A DNA stretch of 64,000 bases. It comes from Gnetum montanum (taxonomy: Eukaryota > Plantae > Gnetophyta). Shown piece by piece: positions 23,454 through 36,700 of this stretch. The stretch's first letter is position 1. The number at the start of each line of letters is the position of its first letter. The position numbers were made by a program, and so were the translations under genes. The stretch is taken from NCBI GenBank assembly GCA_015680685.1, contig MNCI01000721.1, positions 619,872 to 683,871 on the forward strand, in the 5' to 3' direction. The notes beneath the pieces were generated by a model. The model ran no database searches and was not told where the DNA came from. It saw only the letters and a program-made list of their open reading frames with translations.

Positions 23454-25449
23454 TACCCCCACAATTGAATGAAAGCTTGTCCTCGAGTTCCTTACAAAAT
23501 ATTGGGAAGGTATGGGATTATTGACTAACTAACAATTGACAGTGGAATGGGATGACAGACTCAACATGCCTAGTGAACAGATCAATAAGCATATTACAAC
23601 ATTAGTGTTCATGAACATTGTGGTGAACACTTGTACATAAATAACATCCAAGCCTTTATTTGATAGCTTGAAGAGAAAGAGAGAGAAAGAAGATGAAGAA
23701 TGTTGCCACCAATGCTGAGATTGCACCTTCCATTGTTTATCCATAGCCACACCACCAAACTTGCTCCTTTCGTAAACACTCTAGTTCCAGTCCATCCTAA
23801 GTGCTTTCTCCAAGCCTAGTCCATTATTTGTATGATCACCATATGCACACATAACACAATCACAAATGAGCAAGGATAGATAAACCACAATGTAGTTGAT
23901 ACCTTGCCTCGATATGAAGCGCATTAGCTGAGTTGTGGTTATGGCAGAAACTGGTTCAGAGATTTATCATTGGTGACTACCCAAGGTGTAAGGGTTAGGT
24001 GAATAGTAAAATGGACAAAATTGAAAATTTGTGCTAGGGCCCCTATAACTAAGAGCGAACCTCCGATAGCTATAAGATGGAAAAATATGATGAACAAGAA
24101 AGATGGGAAAAATAACAATGGCAACACCAATAAAATGGATGGCATGGATGGGGATGAAACAAGAAATGATTGATTGCAAGAAATATTTAAGGAAAAGAAC
24201 TGAACAATTGCACCAAAAAGGGATGTCAATGGGTCCTCCCGAAAGTAGACTCATGCCTTTTATGCCTTGACAAACCCACAAACCACAGAGTCCATAGGCT
24301 CTAGGAATGTCATTTGGAAGCAAGAGTTAAAAACTTACCCATAAGAATTCACCAAAGAAAAATAATGCATCAACCTAGAAATGGACTAATGATAAAATCG
24401 ACAATGAGGTGGAAAATGGGAAGAAAGATGGAGAGGAGAGAATGGAATGGAATTCTAAGAACAATGTTGTGTAAAGTCCCTTGTGTACTTTATGGTTAAT
24501 GTGACGGAGTAGAACTCATCCCAAATTTAGACTCAAACAAACCACATCTAGTGACCTTGCATCAACACACTTGTCCAATCTATCCACTTGAAGCAACAAG
24601 AATGCTTCCACAAAGAGTCACCACCATTCCAAGGAGAGTGAGATGGAGAAGCAGAAAGTGAGAAAGGACGTTAGTTAGAGGGAACCTTCAAGCATGGGTA
24701 ACATGTCTTTCTAGTTCCATAACCATTGCTTGTAGCCCATATTGCTTTATTATGTCTAAGGGGTGTGCTTTGAATTCTCACTTTCTTTTTACATGAGAAC
24801 CACAGTATGCAAAGACTTATTTTTATTCACTCAGCTTTCTGATTTTTGAACAATGTCAAAATGGCAAAAAACCCAAGAAAAAGCATCCAAGCACCCAAGA
24901 GAATGACCAGCACAAATGCATCAAATCCCCTTGAAGTCACACCCTTTTCATCCTTTGAGTCTTTCCTTGGTTTGAAAAATACCCAGCCACCGATTGATTA
25001 ATAGGTTTACTTAGAAAAAGGGAATGTACAATTCCAAGCCAAAGGAGACCATAGAGTTGTATGGTTGAGTGGACGATGTGGACTCATTGCCTATTTTACC
25101 AAAAGAACCATACCTTAATATCAACATCATAATTCAAAGGTAAAAACCAAACATTAGCAATCAATATGATATAATTCAATCCACCATCCTAAGCACGTAT
25201 TGGATGACAAATAAAAGCAAATCAAGAAAACAAAGAAATAGTAAAAATATGAATGATGGTATAAAAAAAATAAGAAAAGTTGGGAAAATGTGTAAAACAA
25301 AAATTCAAAAAGAACTGAGGGCCTAGAATGGTCAGCATAGGTAGCCATCTCCCCCACAAATGAGTTGGAAGGAAGAGATCTAAAATAGTGAGTAGGGTTG
25401 TCCATCAATAGAGGTAGCATGTGTACTAGCTATCCTAAGCTCATGGAAA

Positions 25450-28400
25450 GGTTTGGTTTATTGCACATTGACCAACAGTTTCTTGTCCAAGCTCTCAGGT
25501 TTGTATATTGTCATGGCCCCTAAAGGAAAAGTTGCATAAATAATATAAGGTCCTTCCCATAGTGTTTGAAATTTAGTACATTGTGGCACATGTCTGGGAT
25601 TCCAGTAGAGAGCCTTACCTCCTGGTTGATATTTAACTTTTCTAATCCTTAGGTCATGATGTTGTTTATTGAATGTCTTGTGCAATTTGTTAGATGACAG
25701 GGCAGCTAGTCAGTTTTCATCTAGCAAGTTAAGGGTTACTAACCGTTGTTTCTGTGCTAGATCAAGGTCAAGGTTGAGGTCACATGCTGTGGATAGTGTA
25801 CGAAGCTCAGTTTGAATGGGAAGTGTTGGTAATTTACCGTGCACTAACTCATAGGGAGAGTAGCCTGTAGGGAGTTTCCATGTGGAGTGGAATGCCCAAA
25901 GATCATCATTTAGTTTAGTGCTCCAGTCTCACCTAAACTTGCTAATAGTTCTTGTCCATATTTTCGTAATCTCCCTATTAGCGACTTTAGCTTGATCGTT
26001 CACTTGGAGGTGGTATGGTGTTGTCAATTTGTGTTCAATCCCTAAGCGTTGCATTAACTTTTGAAAAGTTACACCTATGAAGTGGGTACCATTGTCTGAA
26101 ATAAGTGCACGAGGCACACCAAATCTATTTATGATTTGTTTTTGAAAAAATTGTACAACTGTAGATGATGTACAATCCTTAACAGTAGCTACTCCTACCC
26201 ATTTCATTAGGTAATCAATAGCAACAATAATATAATCTTTTCCATTGGACATTGGTGTAATTGGCCCCATAAAATCAACTCCCCAAATGTCGAAGGGTTC
26301 TAATGATTGGATCCATTGTTGTGGACCCTCCATTCTAGCAGTCATTCCCCCATCACATTGACAATGCCCACAAGATTGGACAAATTGATGGGTGTCTCGA
26401 AAAAATGTAGGCCAATAATATCCTACAAGCAATATCTTGATGGTCGTTCGTCTCCCAGCGTAATGACCCCCACAAGGACCCTCATGAGCATCTTAGAGAA
26501 CTCGCAGTTGATCTATACTGAAAACACACCATTGAACCATGTCATCAGGACACACTTTGTAAAGTCTCCCATTGATTTCCATAAAGTACTTGGCTAGGTG
26601 AAGAAACTGTTCTTTCTTCTTAAGGTTTAACTCTTGTGGTATTTGTTGGCTGAGGAGATAGGTAAGAATGCTACTGTACCAATTTTTCTCTGTGGGTGAT
26701 TGATTATTCACTACACCAACAAAGAGGAATTCATCTAGGAAATAATCAAAAATTGGATACTCATCCTCTTTGTTATTCCATCGCAACCAAGATAAATGAT
26801 CAACAACTACATTCTCGATGCCTTTACGATCGATCATCGTAAGATCAAACTCTTGTAAGGTCACAAGCCATCGTATGATACAAGAGCTTGCCATTGGCTT
26901 ATTCATGAGGAACCTTATTGCACTATGATCTTTATGTATATATACTTTATATCCTAATACATAGTGTCTAAACTTTTCTAGTGCAAACACTACAGCCATT
27001 ACTTCCTTCTCTGTGGTAGTGTAGTTAAGTTGCACACAAACGATACTTCTACTTGCATAGTGGATGTAGTAAGGATGCTTCTGGTCATCTAACTATGTAA
27101 GTATGGCTCCTAAGGAATAGTTAGATGCATCAATCATAATATGAAATGGTTTGGACCAGTTACCAGCTTGTAGAATGGATGCTTCTACTAGCTTCTATTT
27201 CAAGGTTTGGAAAGCTAGTTTGCATTCCCTGGTCCATTCGAAAGGTACGTCCTTTTTTGTTAATTCTACCAATGGTTTGGAAACCTTTGAAAAGTTCTCA
27301 ATAAATCTCCTATAGTAGCCAGTGTGTCCAAGGAATGATCGAATATCTTTGATAGTTTCTAGTTGATGGGTAATTCCTTGGATAACTTTGATTTTCTCAG
27401 GGTCTACCTCCATCCCTGTGTGTGAGATTTTGTGCCCTAGTACTATGTCCTTTTGGACCATCAAATGGCTTTTCTAGCAGTTAAGCATCAAATTGGTTTC
27501 TACACATATTTGTAACACTTGATCTAACTGATCCAAGGCTTGATCAAAGTTTTCTCCATAAGTGAAGAAGTCATTCATAAAGACCTCCACATTGTTTCCT
27601 ATCTGCTGTTGGAATATGCTTAGAACTAGTCATTGAAATGTTGCAGGGGCATTGCACAAGCCAAACAACATCTATTTGTATGCAAACATTCCCCAAGAAC
27701 TAGTGAACGTAGTCTTGGCTTGGTCTTCTGGGGCTATTGTTATTGAGTTATATTCACTATATCCATCCAGAAAACTGTAATAGCGATACCCTACAATGGT
27801 ATCTAAGACTTGGTCAACAAATGGCAATGGAAAGTGATCTTTGAATGTTGCCATATTCAATAGCCTAAAATCTATGCACACCCTCCATTTGCCTCCATTT
27901 TTAGGCATAATAACTAAGGGGCTAGTCCATTTGCTATCAAAAATGGGGTATATGAACCCAGCCTTGAGAAGTCGTTTGATTTCTTCCTTGACTACTTACT
28001 TCAGCTTTGGGTTCAAATGCCTCTGCGATTATCTTCGAGGTTTCATGGAGGGGTCGATGTAAATCCTATGTTGGCATATCCTAGGATCTATTCCAGCTAA
28101 TTCAGGATATAACCAAGTGAAGGCTTTCAACCATCTATTTATCACTTTCAACAGTCTCTCTTTTTGTTGCAGATCAAGCTTAGCGTTAATAATTACTGGC
28201 TTTCCATTTTTAAGGAACGTGTATTCCATATCGGTGGGCAATGGTTTCAGCTCGAAGGGCTCCTGCTTAAATTTCTTAGGGATTTCCAACTTCCCCTAGT
28301 TGATATTTTTGAGGTTAAGGTTTGGAAGTTGGTAGTGGACTTGCTCTAATGCATCTATGCTATCGATGTAAGTGCAAGTCAATCCCTCAGTTGGTTCCAT

Positions 28401-29000
28401 GCATGTGATTGAACTGCTTTCTTGATTAGGTATCAGCCACTGGGTGCCTTCCTATCATGTGGCTGCTACATATAGGTATCTTTTTATGTTGATCACTTGT
28501 GCACACTGATTTCATGCAAGCAATGTCAAACTTTACACAACCCATGACCTCTGTACACAATTACACCCTGTGTCACTATATGCGATGCATGGAACTTTCT
28601 TCTTCCTGATATTTTCGAATGTGTTTTCCTTTGATATTTCTAGGGAAATATTGTGGATTCCTAGGCACGCATCAACTGTGCTTAGCCATGCTCTTTCCAT
28701 TATGATTAGGAAGTCCCCCTTGCCATTGTTCACCTGAATCACTAGGAAATCAAGTGGGTACAACCATCCACAAACAATGGTAAAAATGTCCTGAACTAGT
28801 TCTAAAAGGATAGTGATGGATTGGTCAACAAACTCTAGATGAATATTGCTCTTTTTAAATGGAGGAAGGTTCGAGGCCTTGTACATTTCTTGAGAAATCA
28901 AGTTACCACTAGAATCTAAATCTAAAAGAGCCTTGCACAGTACATTTCTAGTGATTTGTAAGTATATTAGAGGACTTCTAGGATCAGAGAATTTCCTAGG
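25450..29000 (-). pseudogene. pol: pol: protease (ALLDLDSSGN), RT, RNase H (YTTTEKEVMAVVFALEKFRHY), integrase (WGVDFMGP, ISDNGTHF, WEGPY)
   Basis: ORF fragments 28533..29186, 28029..28289, 27672..27908, 27195..27464, 26493..27035, 25929..26432 and 25458..25685, interrupted by stops. Confidence 0.93.
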
Positions 29001-31595
29001 AAGATGGCCAGCTTTGATCCAATTGGTGATGGCATTTGTTAGCATCACCATATGTGTTGAGTGCAGTGGTTGAGTTGAATGAGGCTTCAAAGTTTTAATT
29101 GATATCGAGGTGTCTAAGGAATTAGCCGCTTGTGATTGCAAGGGCTTGGTTGGACTATTGGTTCTAAATAAAGGTCTTTTCTTCATGTGGTTGTTGGAAC
29201 CAACAATAGGTTGAGAGTTAATAGCCCTTGTAGCGTTACGTTGCTACGATTGGGTAGGGATTTCACCCTACATAGATGGAGTAGGTGGTAATGGGGCTAT
29301 TGGTGGAAGAGATGTAGCTGGATGAGAAGGATGGTACATTTGTGAAACATCGCCCCTAGGAGAAGGAGTGCTATAATACTCATGAGCTTGGTAGTGAGGT
29401 TGAGGGGTAACGTGACTAGTAGAGTCATGTAGAGAGACTGGCTACTGCATGTTATATCCATATAGGTCAGTTTGCCAGTAAGGATACTATTGCCTTGGTG
29501 GTGGCATTTCCCATGATTGTGGGTATTGCCACTATTGATATTACTTAATCAGTTGTCATGGAGTTCCACTGGGATAATATGTTAAGGGTTGGTGGAACTG
29601 TCTTGGGTTAACTTAAGGATAAGGTAACCTTCAGGGTGTTTGCCGTTTGTTCAATCGTGGGCTGAGTGCATACATCCCAGACTCCTACAAATGTGAGATT
29701 ACAGGGCAACATCCCTTAGGATGGTCATATTGACATATCTCGCATCCACTATCATTATCTGTTTCTGACTCCACAACCTCTTCAATGATGGTAACTTTGC
29801 CCTTACCCTTGCTATGTGCATGTTTAGCTTCTCTTTTTTTTTTTTTTTTGCAATCACTACCTTGCTCTCTAGACTCCTCTACTATTTTAAGAACAGAATG
29901 AAATCTATTGTCTAGGGAATCCCACATTTGATCTACCTTTGTCGATACTTCTGATGTCAACTTTTGGATAGGCAAAGTTTTCCTATTCACCATCTCTTCG
30001 AGTGGTGACTCTTCTTCATCCTCACAAAATCTTACTCCTCTCTTCCAGAGGGAAGGATCTTGGTTATACTCTTCTACACTTTCTCTCTTTCGTAGCCCAC
30101 CTTCTTCCTTAGCAACTTGCTCCAATAGTCTTTAGATTTGATAGGACCTAAGCTCAAATAGTCTTCCTTGGGCATAAGTCCCAAGGGTTCTTCTAGTTTC
30201 ATGCCTAACCCCATCTACGAGATGGCATAGTTGATTCCTTTGTGAATAAACATGGCTAGGGCAACGATGTAACAGTGCATAGTATCATCCCATGACAGCA
30301 TCTAAGGATTCATGTCCTTCTTGTTTCCATCCTTGGATTTTCTTTCATAAGTTAGACACTCGAGAGTACATTTGGTACTTGTCATTCAACAGTTATAACA
30401 TGGTACTCCACCTACAAATAGATTTTGGTTCTAAGGACTAGTACCAGCTTTTCACTTCTTTAACTAGTGTTCATGGGAACAACTTAAGTTTTTTCCATTC
30501 ATTCTCTATGTTTTGTACAACACATGCATCATGGAATGCTTGTAATTGATTCTAAGGATCAGTGTTGTATCCCCCTTCAAATCATGGGATATTGTTCATA
30601 TCTAATCTCTTGATTCTACTATCTTTATGGTGCCTTATTGGAATTCTAACAGCCTCAGTTATGTCTAACATACTTCGAGTAATGAGTAAGTGTTCATCGT
30701 GATCATCTCGTCCATGGTGTCTATGATGCCTACGTTGTTCCCTACTCTCCCTTCTTCTATGTTGTGATTCTCCAGAGTGCCCTCATCTCCTTTCCTGGTT
30801 GTTTCGTCTATGACCTCCACTTTGTCTACCTCCATCCCCATGGTCTTTTTCTTTATGACTACGTCCAGATACTGAAGGAGAGGATGAAGGAGAGGGTGAA
30901 GGAGATGATGAAGGTGAAGAAGAAAGGGAACCATCACCATGATAGTATCTACTACCTTCTCTTTGGCGATCACAGCCTCGATCATGATTGCGATCAGAAT
31001 GTCCACCTTTATCATGTGTCTGTGTCCCTTTTTTGGACCCTTTGTGCCCATGGGTATCGAAACCTAGGTTATGAATAGTGGAATGAACATTCTAATACAC
31101 AACCCCTTGGCCAAAGTCAAGGGGAGAAACATCATTGTGTGGGCGACTACCTAAGGTAGGTTCACCACCCTCATTTTTGCTTAAGACATGTGGGACATCC
31201 TATGACCACTTACCCTTCAAAGACTTATGATGTCTCTCTTGTTGCAAGTCCCTTTGATGTTATGCCTCTGTCAGATGGTATTCTCTCAAGTCATGGTCTT
31301 GCACAACATATTCTGCGTGTAAGTGTGACATGCCAATTCGTGTGAGAGCATGAAGAAGCATGCTTAGGACTGAACGATCGGGAGGTAACACTATGTTACC
31401 TTCTAAGTCTCGCCAATGCAATTATTCATCTTGATAGAGGATAAAGGTGAAGTCTAGTATATACTCATCAGGATGAATATATACCACTCGAACTTGTTGA
31501 GGGGCTGGTGGATCAACGTCATGTGCATTACACCATCGATTATTTCATGTTTCAGACCTATGTGGTGAGGCGCTTTCGTACAAAGAAGGAGACAT
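29000..31595 (-). pseudogene. gag: gag with a long N-terminal extension
   Basis: ATG at 31595, MSPSLYES..VYIHPDEYILDFTFILYQDE*LHWRDLEGNIVLPPDRS. Capsid-like segment at about 30150-30650 and CEICQYDHPKGCCP. Homologous to ORF 63052-64000. Confidence 0.8.
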
Positions 31596-31721
31596 ACTTG
31601 TCTGTTCAGTGTGCAATGTATTCTTGTTTATTATTTTCTCAATCAATCCTAANNNNNNNNNNNNNNNNNNNNNNNNNNNNNNNNNNNNNNNNNNNNNNNN
31701 NNNNNNNNNNNNNNNNNNNNN

Positions 31722-32327
31722 GGAGGAGAGAGAGAGATAACTAAGTGACTAATTTAACTTAACTACTAATTAACTAGGCTTTAACTAATCCTAACACTAG
31801 TATCCATTCTCACTTACCGTACACATCCTAAACCAGTGCAACACTACTGGGATTACCAAACGCTAATCGTTACTGGGTTACCAAGTGTTACACGCATGCT
31901 TGAAATGATTGTACTAAGTGTACTTACTTAGTAGAGTTGTAGGGTGACAAAGAATCATTAATTAATTAAGAAATAACTTAATAACATTAATTAACACTAA
32001 TTAATCTATTCTAGATGCTACAAGGTTTATCATAAAGTTCATCTTTATTTCCGTACACAAGGTGTGCTTAGGTACACAATGCTCGAACAAAGATCCGTTC
32101 ACTTGATGACTCCTACTGCGGGCACACAGAATTAATTCTAACTCTGGAGGGGAGAAAAGGAAAGAGTTTGGCTAAGGGACTAACTATCTAACTACAAAAC
32201 CAAGTGTGCCTACCTCTTATTTATAGGCAAGGAGGCAGGTCCCGATATCGAGTATCCGACATCGCATGCTAGGCTCCGATATCACATTGCGAATGTGATA
32301 TCGCAGCCCTGATATCATGGTTCATTA
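31722..32327 (-). repeat. 5' LTR, visible part
   Basis: Aligns to the 3' LTR. TATA CCTATAAATAAG at about 32216-32227 on the - strand, downstream of GATATC repeats. Confidence 0.9.
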
Positions 32328-32699
32328 ATATGGATATGGAACTTATTTAGTTCAATTTGGTCATAAGGAAAAGGAATATAATCCTTCCCATTTTTGTGAA
32401 TTATCTCAAACTAACATTTTAATTCCAACTCTCTATGAGGGATAAGCAATCTAGCTTGAATTTTAGCGTAGATGAAGTTGTAATATTCCTCATTTATGTT
32501 CATGTACGCTAGTTCTAGAATCATACACCTAAGGAACTTTCTACATTCAACTGTAGCCAAATCCCTAGGATTGTAAATGCATATAGCTTCCTAGTTGGAG
32601 GCCATGTGTGCTATGTTGTGCAGTAGAACATTTGATGTAAAAGGCATAAAATGTATATAAAGATTTTAATCCTTTAATGTTTTATACATACTACATCTT

Positions 32700-33075
32700 G
32701 TGGCATATAAACTTGCAGTGTATAAAGCTTTCAACCTATGAGCTTGTGGCATGTAAAGCTTATAGCATGTGAGGCTTCAAGATGTAAAGTTCATAGCATA
32801 CGAAGCTGTAACGTTTGAAACATCACAACATATGAAAGAAACTTGTGGAAGCCTCACAATGTGTAGAAGTTTCAGCATATGAAACTTCACAAGGTGTGAA
32901 AGCCTCACAACATGTGGAAGTTTTAGCATATGAAACTTCATAGTGCATGGAAGCTTTAGAGTATGAAACTTCATAATGTGTGGAAGCTCCACAACGTGTG
33001 GAAGTTGTAGCTTATGAGACTACATAACTTGTGGAAGTTTCATAGCATGTGGAAGTTGCAGCTTATGAAATTGCA
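32700..33075. repeat. 18/21-bp alternating minisatellite (TGTGGAAGCTTCACAACG / TGTGGAAGTTTCAGCATA-like)
   Basis: More than 15 degenerate units. Confidence 0.75.
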
Positions 33076-34344
33076 CATGTAATGGCAAAATATGGAAATT
33101 TTTTAGAAGAATTTCTAGCATACCTAGCAAAGTTTAGAAAAAGTGCAAGCAAGCTATAGTGTATGTAAAGTTAGAGACAAATTTATTGATGCAAACATCA
33201 AAAACAAGAAAATAAATCTAACTACAACTACCAATAAAAAAAGTTTAAATTAATAGAATATGAGAAACAAATTTAGCATTAATCACTACAATCATCAAAA
33301 CTAAAAAATTTAATTTTTTCATATCTCAAAGTGTAATGAATTGGTGCAGCGCAACAAAGTGTATCGTGAAAATAATAAGGAAATTTTTGTTCTGAGGAAA
33401 ATTGGCTTTGAATCTCACACATTAGAGTTTTGGAAAAACCAAAAATAAATTTTATTATGCTAAATATGCTAATGAGCAAAGGTAAAAATAGGTGGAATAT
33501 CTACAAGTGTGTTTTGATGAAGGATTTAGGTGGAGGTCCTACTTCTAGCTTTGAAAACTGTAGCATCTAAAAACTTCGATGCTGGAGATTCAAAATTTTT
33601 AGCATAGAACAATGTAACCCTAGATCCAATGGGCAAAAATAATTCAAAGTGCCTCAAATGGTCTAACAAATCGCTTGATAACTTAGGGGGATTTGTTACC
33701 GATGCAAATAAAACATGTGACAGAATGCATGAATAGTACGCTGAAATATAGTTGTAGAGAATAATAAGAAAATATGTGAAACACTACAAAATTTGTATTA
33801 ACTTTCAATTAGTAAAGGATTTAGAGAATACAAAATGTGGAATTGCAATTTTTTCATGGCCTTTTTGCAATGTGATGCAACAAATCAAGCTTACGGGTGA
33901 GTAGTGTGTGTCCTGAGTTATCCCAAATGTGTTGGCATATGCTACAACAACATCTTAGTGCTTCAAAATATACTCTTAAAAATAGCTCTAGACTCTTCGA
34001 TCTCTTTCAAGTTTCACAAAATTGCAGAAAAGCCAAAAGTCCTTCAAATGCTAGTGATTTTTACTTAACTAGGTCATGCACGTTGATTCTCTGCCAATTT
34101 AATTCTAACTAATTTCTACCAAATTGCTACACATTCTTTGCACTATTTTTCGATGATTCTCTACAGTGTGTGAGCAATTTTAGCTAGTTTCTTGGCCCCA
34201 TATGCTGCTCCACACATTAGCACAACATGTTAAGCTTTTATTGCAAAATCTACAGTGCATTGGCCACCAACATATGAGACTCTTGCCACCCAAATATACA
34301 ATGTATGGGCAAATTCTAGTTCTACACACTAACTCCACATACTT

Positions 34345-34500
34345 GTGCAACATGTGGAACAAAACCCCAACTTTTGCAGTGTGTGGAACAAAAGCCCAGT
34401 TTTTGTAGCATATGAAGCAAAAACCTAGTTTTGCAGCGTGTGAAGTAAAAACCCAGTTTTTTGCAACATGTAGAGCATAAACCCAATTTTTTGCAACATT
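34345..34500. repeat. ~29-30 bp minisatellite (TGCAACATGTGGAACAAAACCCAGTTTT-like)
   Basis: Five to six units. Confidence 0.75.
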
Positions 34501-36109
34501 TTCAATCCTTTTGGCATCCACATGCTAGCATAAACAAATTTCATTTTTACAAAATTAAAATTATCCAAAATTTTGCTAGAACAAGATCATGAGCTAGGAT
34601 TTTTTATAGAAAAAACAAGGCAATTATTTCTTCCATTGAATTTCTACCAAATTACAATGATAAATCTAACTTTAATGATTTTTTATATTGGTCACATCAA
34701 TTTTTGAGGTGTTTTAAAAGTGTTCAACCATTGTCCCAACATGGCTAAAGGCTAGGGACTCCATGTTTGAAAAATTAAGTCTCTTTAATTTGTTTATGCA
34801 TGATGTTTATTTTAAAAGAATTTATCTCATATATTTATGTTTTTTATGGGTGCTCATCAAATTTCAAACTTCATCTAATTTTCATTTTTTTTCTTGATAT
34901 AATTTTTACCATTTTACACATATCATGAGAATTAGAATAACATGAAATCTACATCATCCTAATTTGTGATAATTATTTTTTTGATGTATATTTTATGAAG
35001 CCTTAATGGTCTTTTCTGGCCTTGATTATTCCTTGTACTTTATGTTGTATTGGTTAGGCCTTCATTTTTTTCCTAATATTTGAAGTCTTCTTTAATGGAT
35101 GATGTCTTCATTGCTTTGATTAGCTCTTCCTTTATTATGTCTTGTACTCTTCATTGTTATTAATACATTATTCTTCCTTTTATTTCTCTTCTTCTTCTTC
35201 TTCTTTCATTTTTTCTCTTTTAAGTTTTTATTATCTTTTAAGGTTGGTACTTGGAGGATCCAATGTATTGATTTCTTGATGTTTTCATTCTTTAGATGAT
35301 TTTTCTCTTCTTCTTCCTTTTTTTTATAATATTATTGGTGGTGGTGTTATTTTCTCCTCTTGGCCTTGATGTGATTTTTGAAATTTTCATGTCCCTAATT
35401 CTAAAGCACTTTTATGCCTTTCGAGACCTTCATTATGGACCACGATATATTTTCTTAGTCTTACATGAAACTTTCAAGCCTCATTTAATTTCTTGGGTCA
35501 TTTTACATTTTGGAGCCTCTTGGATATCCATTGGACTAGCAATGGTTATTAGCCTATTTTGGCCTCTTGGGTCATCTTACCTCTTGGGCATTTTCAAGCC
35601 TCTTAGGTCTCCATTAGGGCTATGGATGATTCTCAATCTCTTCTAATCTCTTGTGTCTTTTTCCTCTTAGGCATTATAATATTTTTATTATATTAGTATA
35701 GATGCCTCTATGGACATTTAAAATGCCTAGGTTTATAACATGAGAAGATTTAACACTTGACCTATGAAAATGAATGAGATGAAGGACATGATGGTAAGCT
35801 CCATGAATCTTTAACATCCAACCTTTGATGCATGGGTCCTCCTTCAAATCTTTGATTTATAAACCAAACTCTTTAATATTATTTGGCAAATTTGGTCACC
35901 AAAAACTAATTTTTAATTTTTATTTTTTAACTTTTACAATAGATAATCATTCAAAAAATTGACTCTCAGTATCAAAACATTTGCTTTGATATCAAATGTC
36001 ATATTTTTGTAGTGGAAGAAGGAACAATTCATCTTCTTGAATTATCCAACCTCATCAAAAAATTCATATCAAAAGTTGATCAAAAGTAGTATGTTAGTCC
36101 TAATTTAGT

Positions 36110-36700
36110 AGATCATAAGTTGTGATGAACTTATGGTTGATTGTTAATGCTTAATCATAGGTTGTGATTGTTCATGATTGTAAAGAGTTTAATCATAAGT
36201 CATGACTACTTCATAGTATCTTGATGATGGATTGTGATGAAGTTGTACTTCCTTGATCACAAGTCATGGTCAAGTCATGGTTACTTCTAAAGCTACTACA
36301 ATGTTATCCTTAACCTTTGGATGTGGTCCACTTTTGGTTGTCTCATCATGGGTCATCATTAGAACGTGATTTCCTAACCATGGATTGTGATTAGGTCATG
36401 GTACCTTTTATTAATGTAGACTTACTTCACTCTACCTCTACCTCTAATTTTTGGAGATCATAGGTAGTAGTGAGCTTGTGGTGACCTACCCATAGGTTAT
36501 GGTTAGGCCATGATCACCTATGAAGGTACTATTCTACTATATCTAGCCTCTGAACTATGATGATATGGACCACAAGTTGTGATGACCTTGTTCCATTATA
36601 CTATAAGTCATGGTAAGGTTGTGGTCACTAAAAAAATAGAGGCTTATTAATTTTGAGTATATCATGAGTTAACCATGGATCATGGTTAGGTTATGATTTC
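36110..36700. repeat. Degenerate low-complexity repeat rich in (T)CATGG/ATCATA..GTTGTGAT motifs
   Basis: Recurring gatcataagttgtgatga, ccatggattgtgatta, ccataggttatggtta. Confidence 0.45.

Larger units (their letters stand above)
22613..32327 (-). mobile_element. Full-length Athila-lineage Ty3/Gypsy retrotransposon, decayed gag-pol, no env-like ORF; TSD ATATG
   Basis: LTRs at 22613-23453 and <31722-32327 (the 5' LTR end and PBS are lost in the N gap). ATATG at 22608-22612 and 32328-32332. PPT-like GTGGGGGTA at 23454-23462. Domain order is gag-PR-RT-RH-IN. RT WRVCIDFRLLNMATFKDHFPLPFVDQ is Athila-like. No chromodomain is seen. Confidence 0.92.

Noticed and set aside
33680-34300. Possible LTR beginning AGGGGGATT-TGTTACC
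   Set aside because: No second terminus, TSD or partner could be found.
32700-34500. CRISPR-like arrays (also 1800-2245, 14415-14570, 20535-20670)
   Set aside because: Degenerate head-to-tail units without unique spacers, eukaryotic context and no cas genes.
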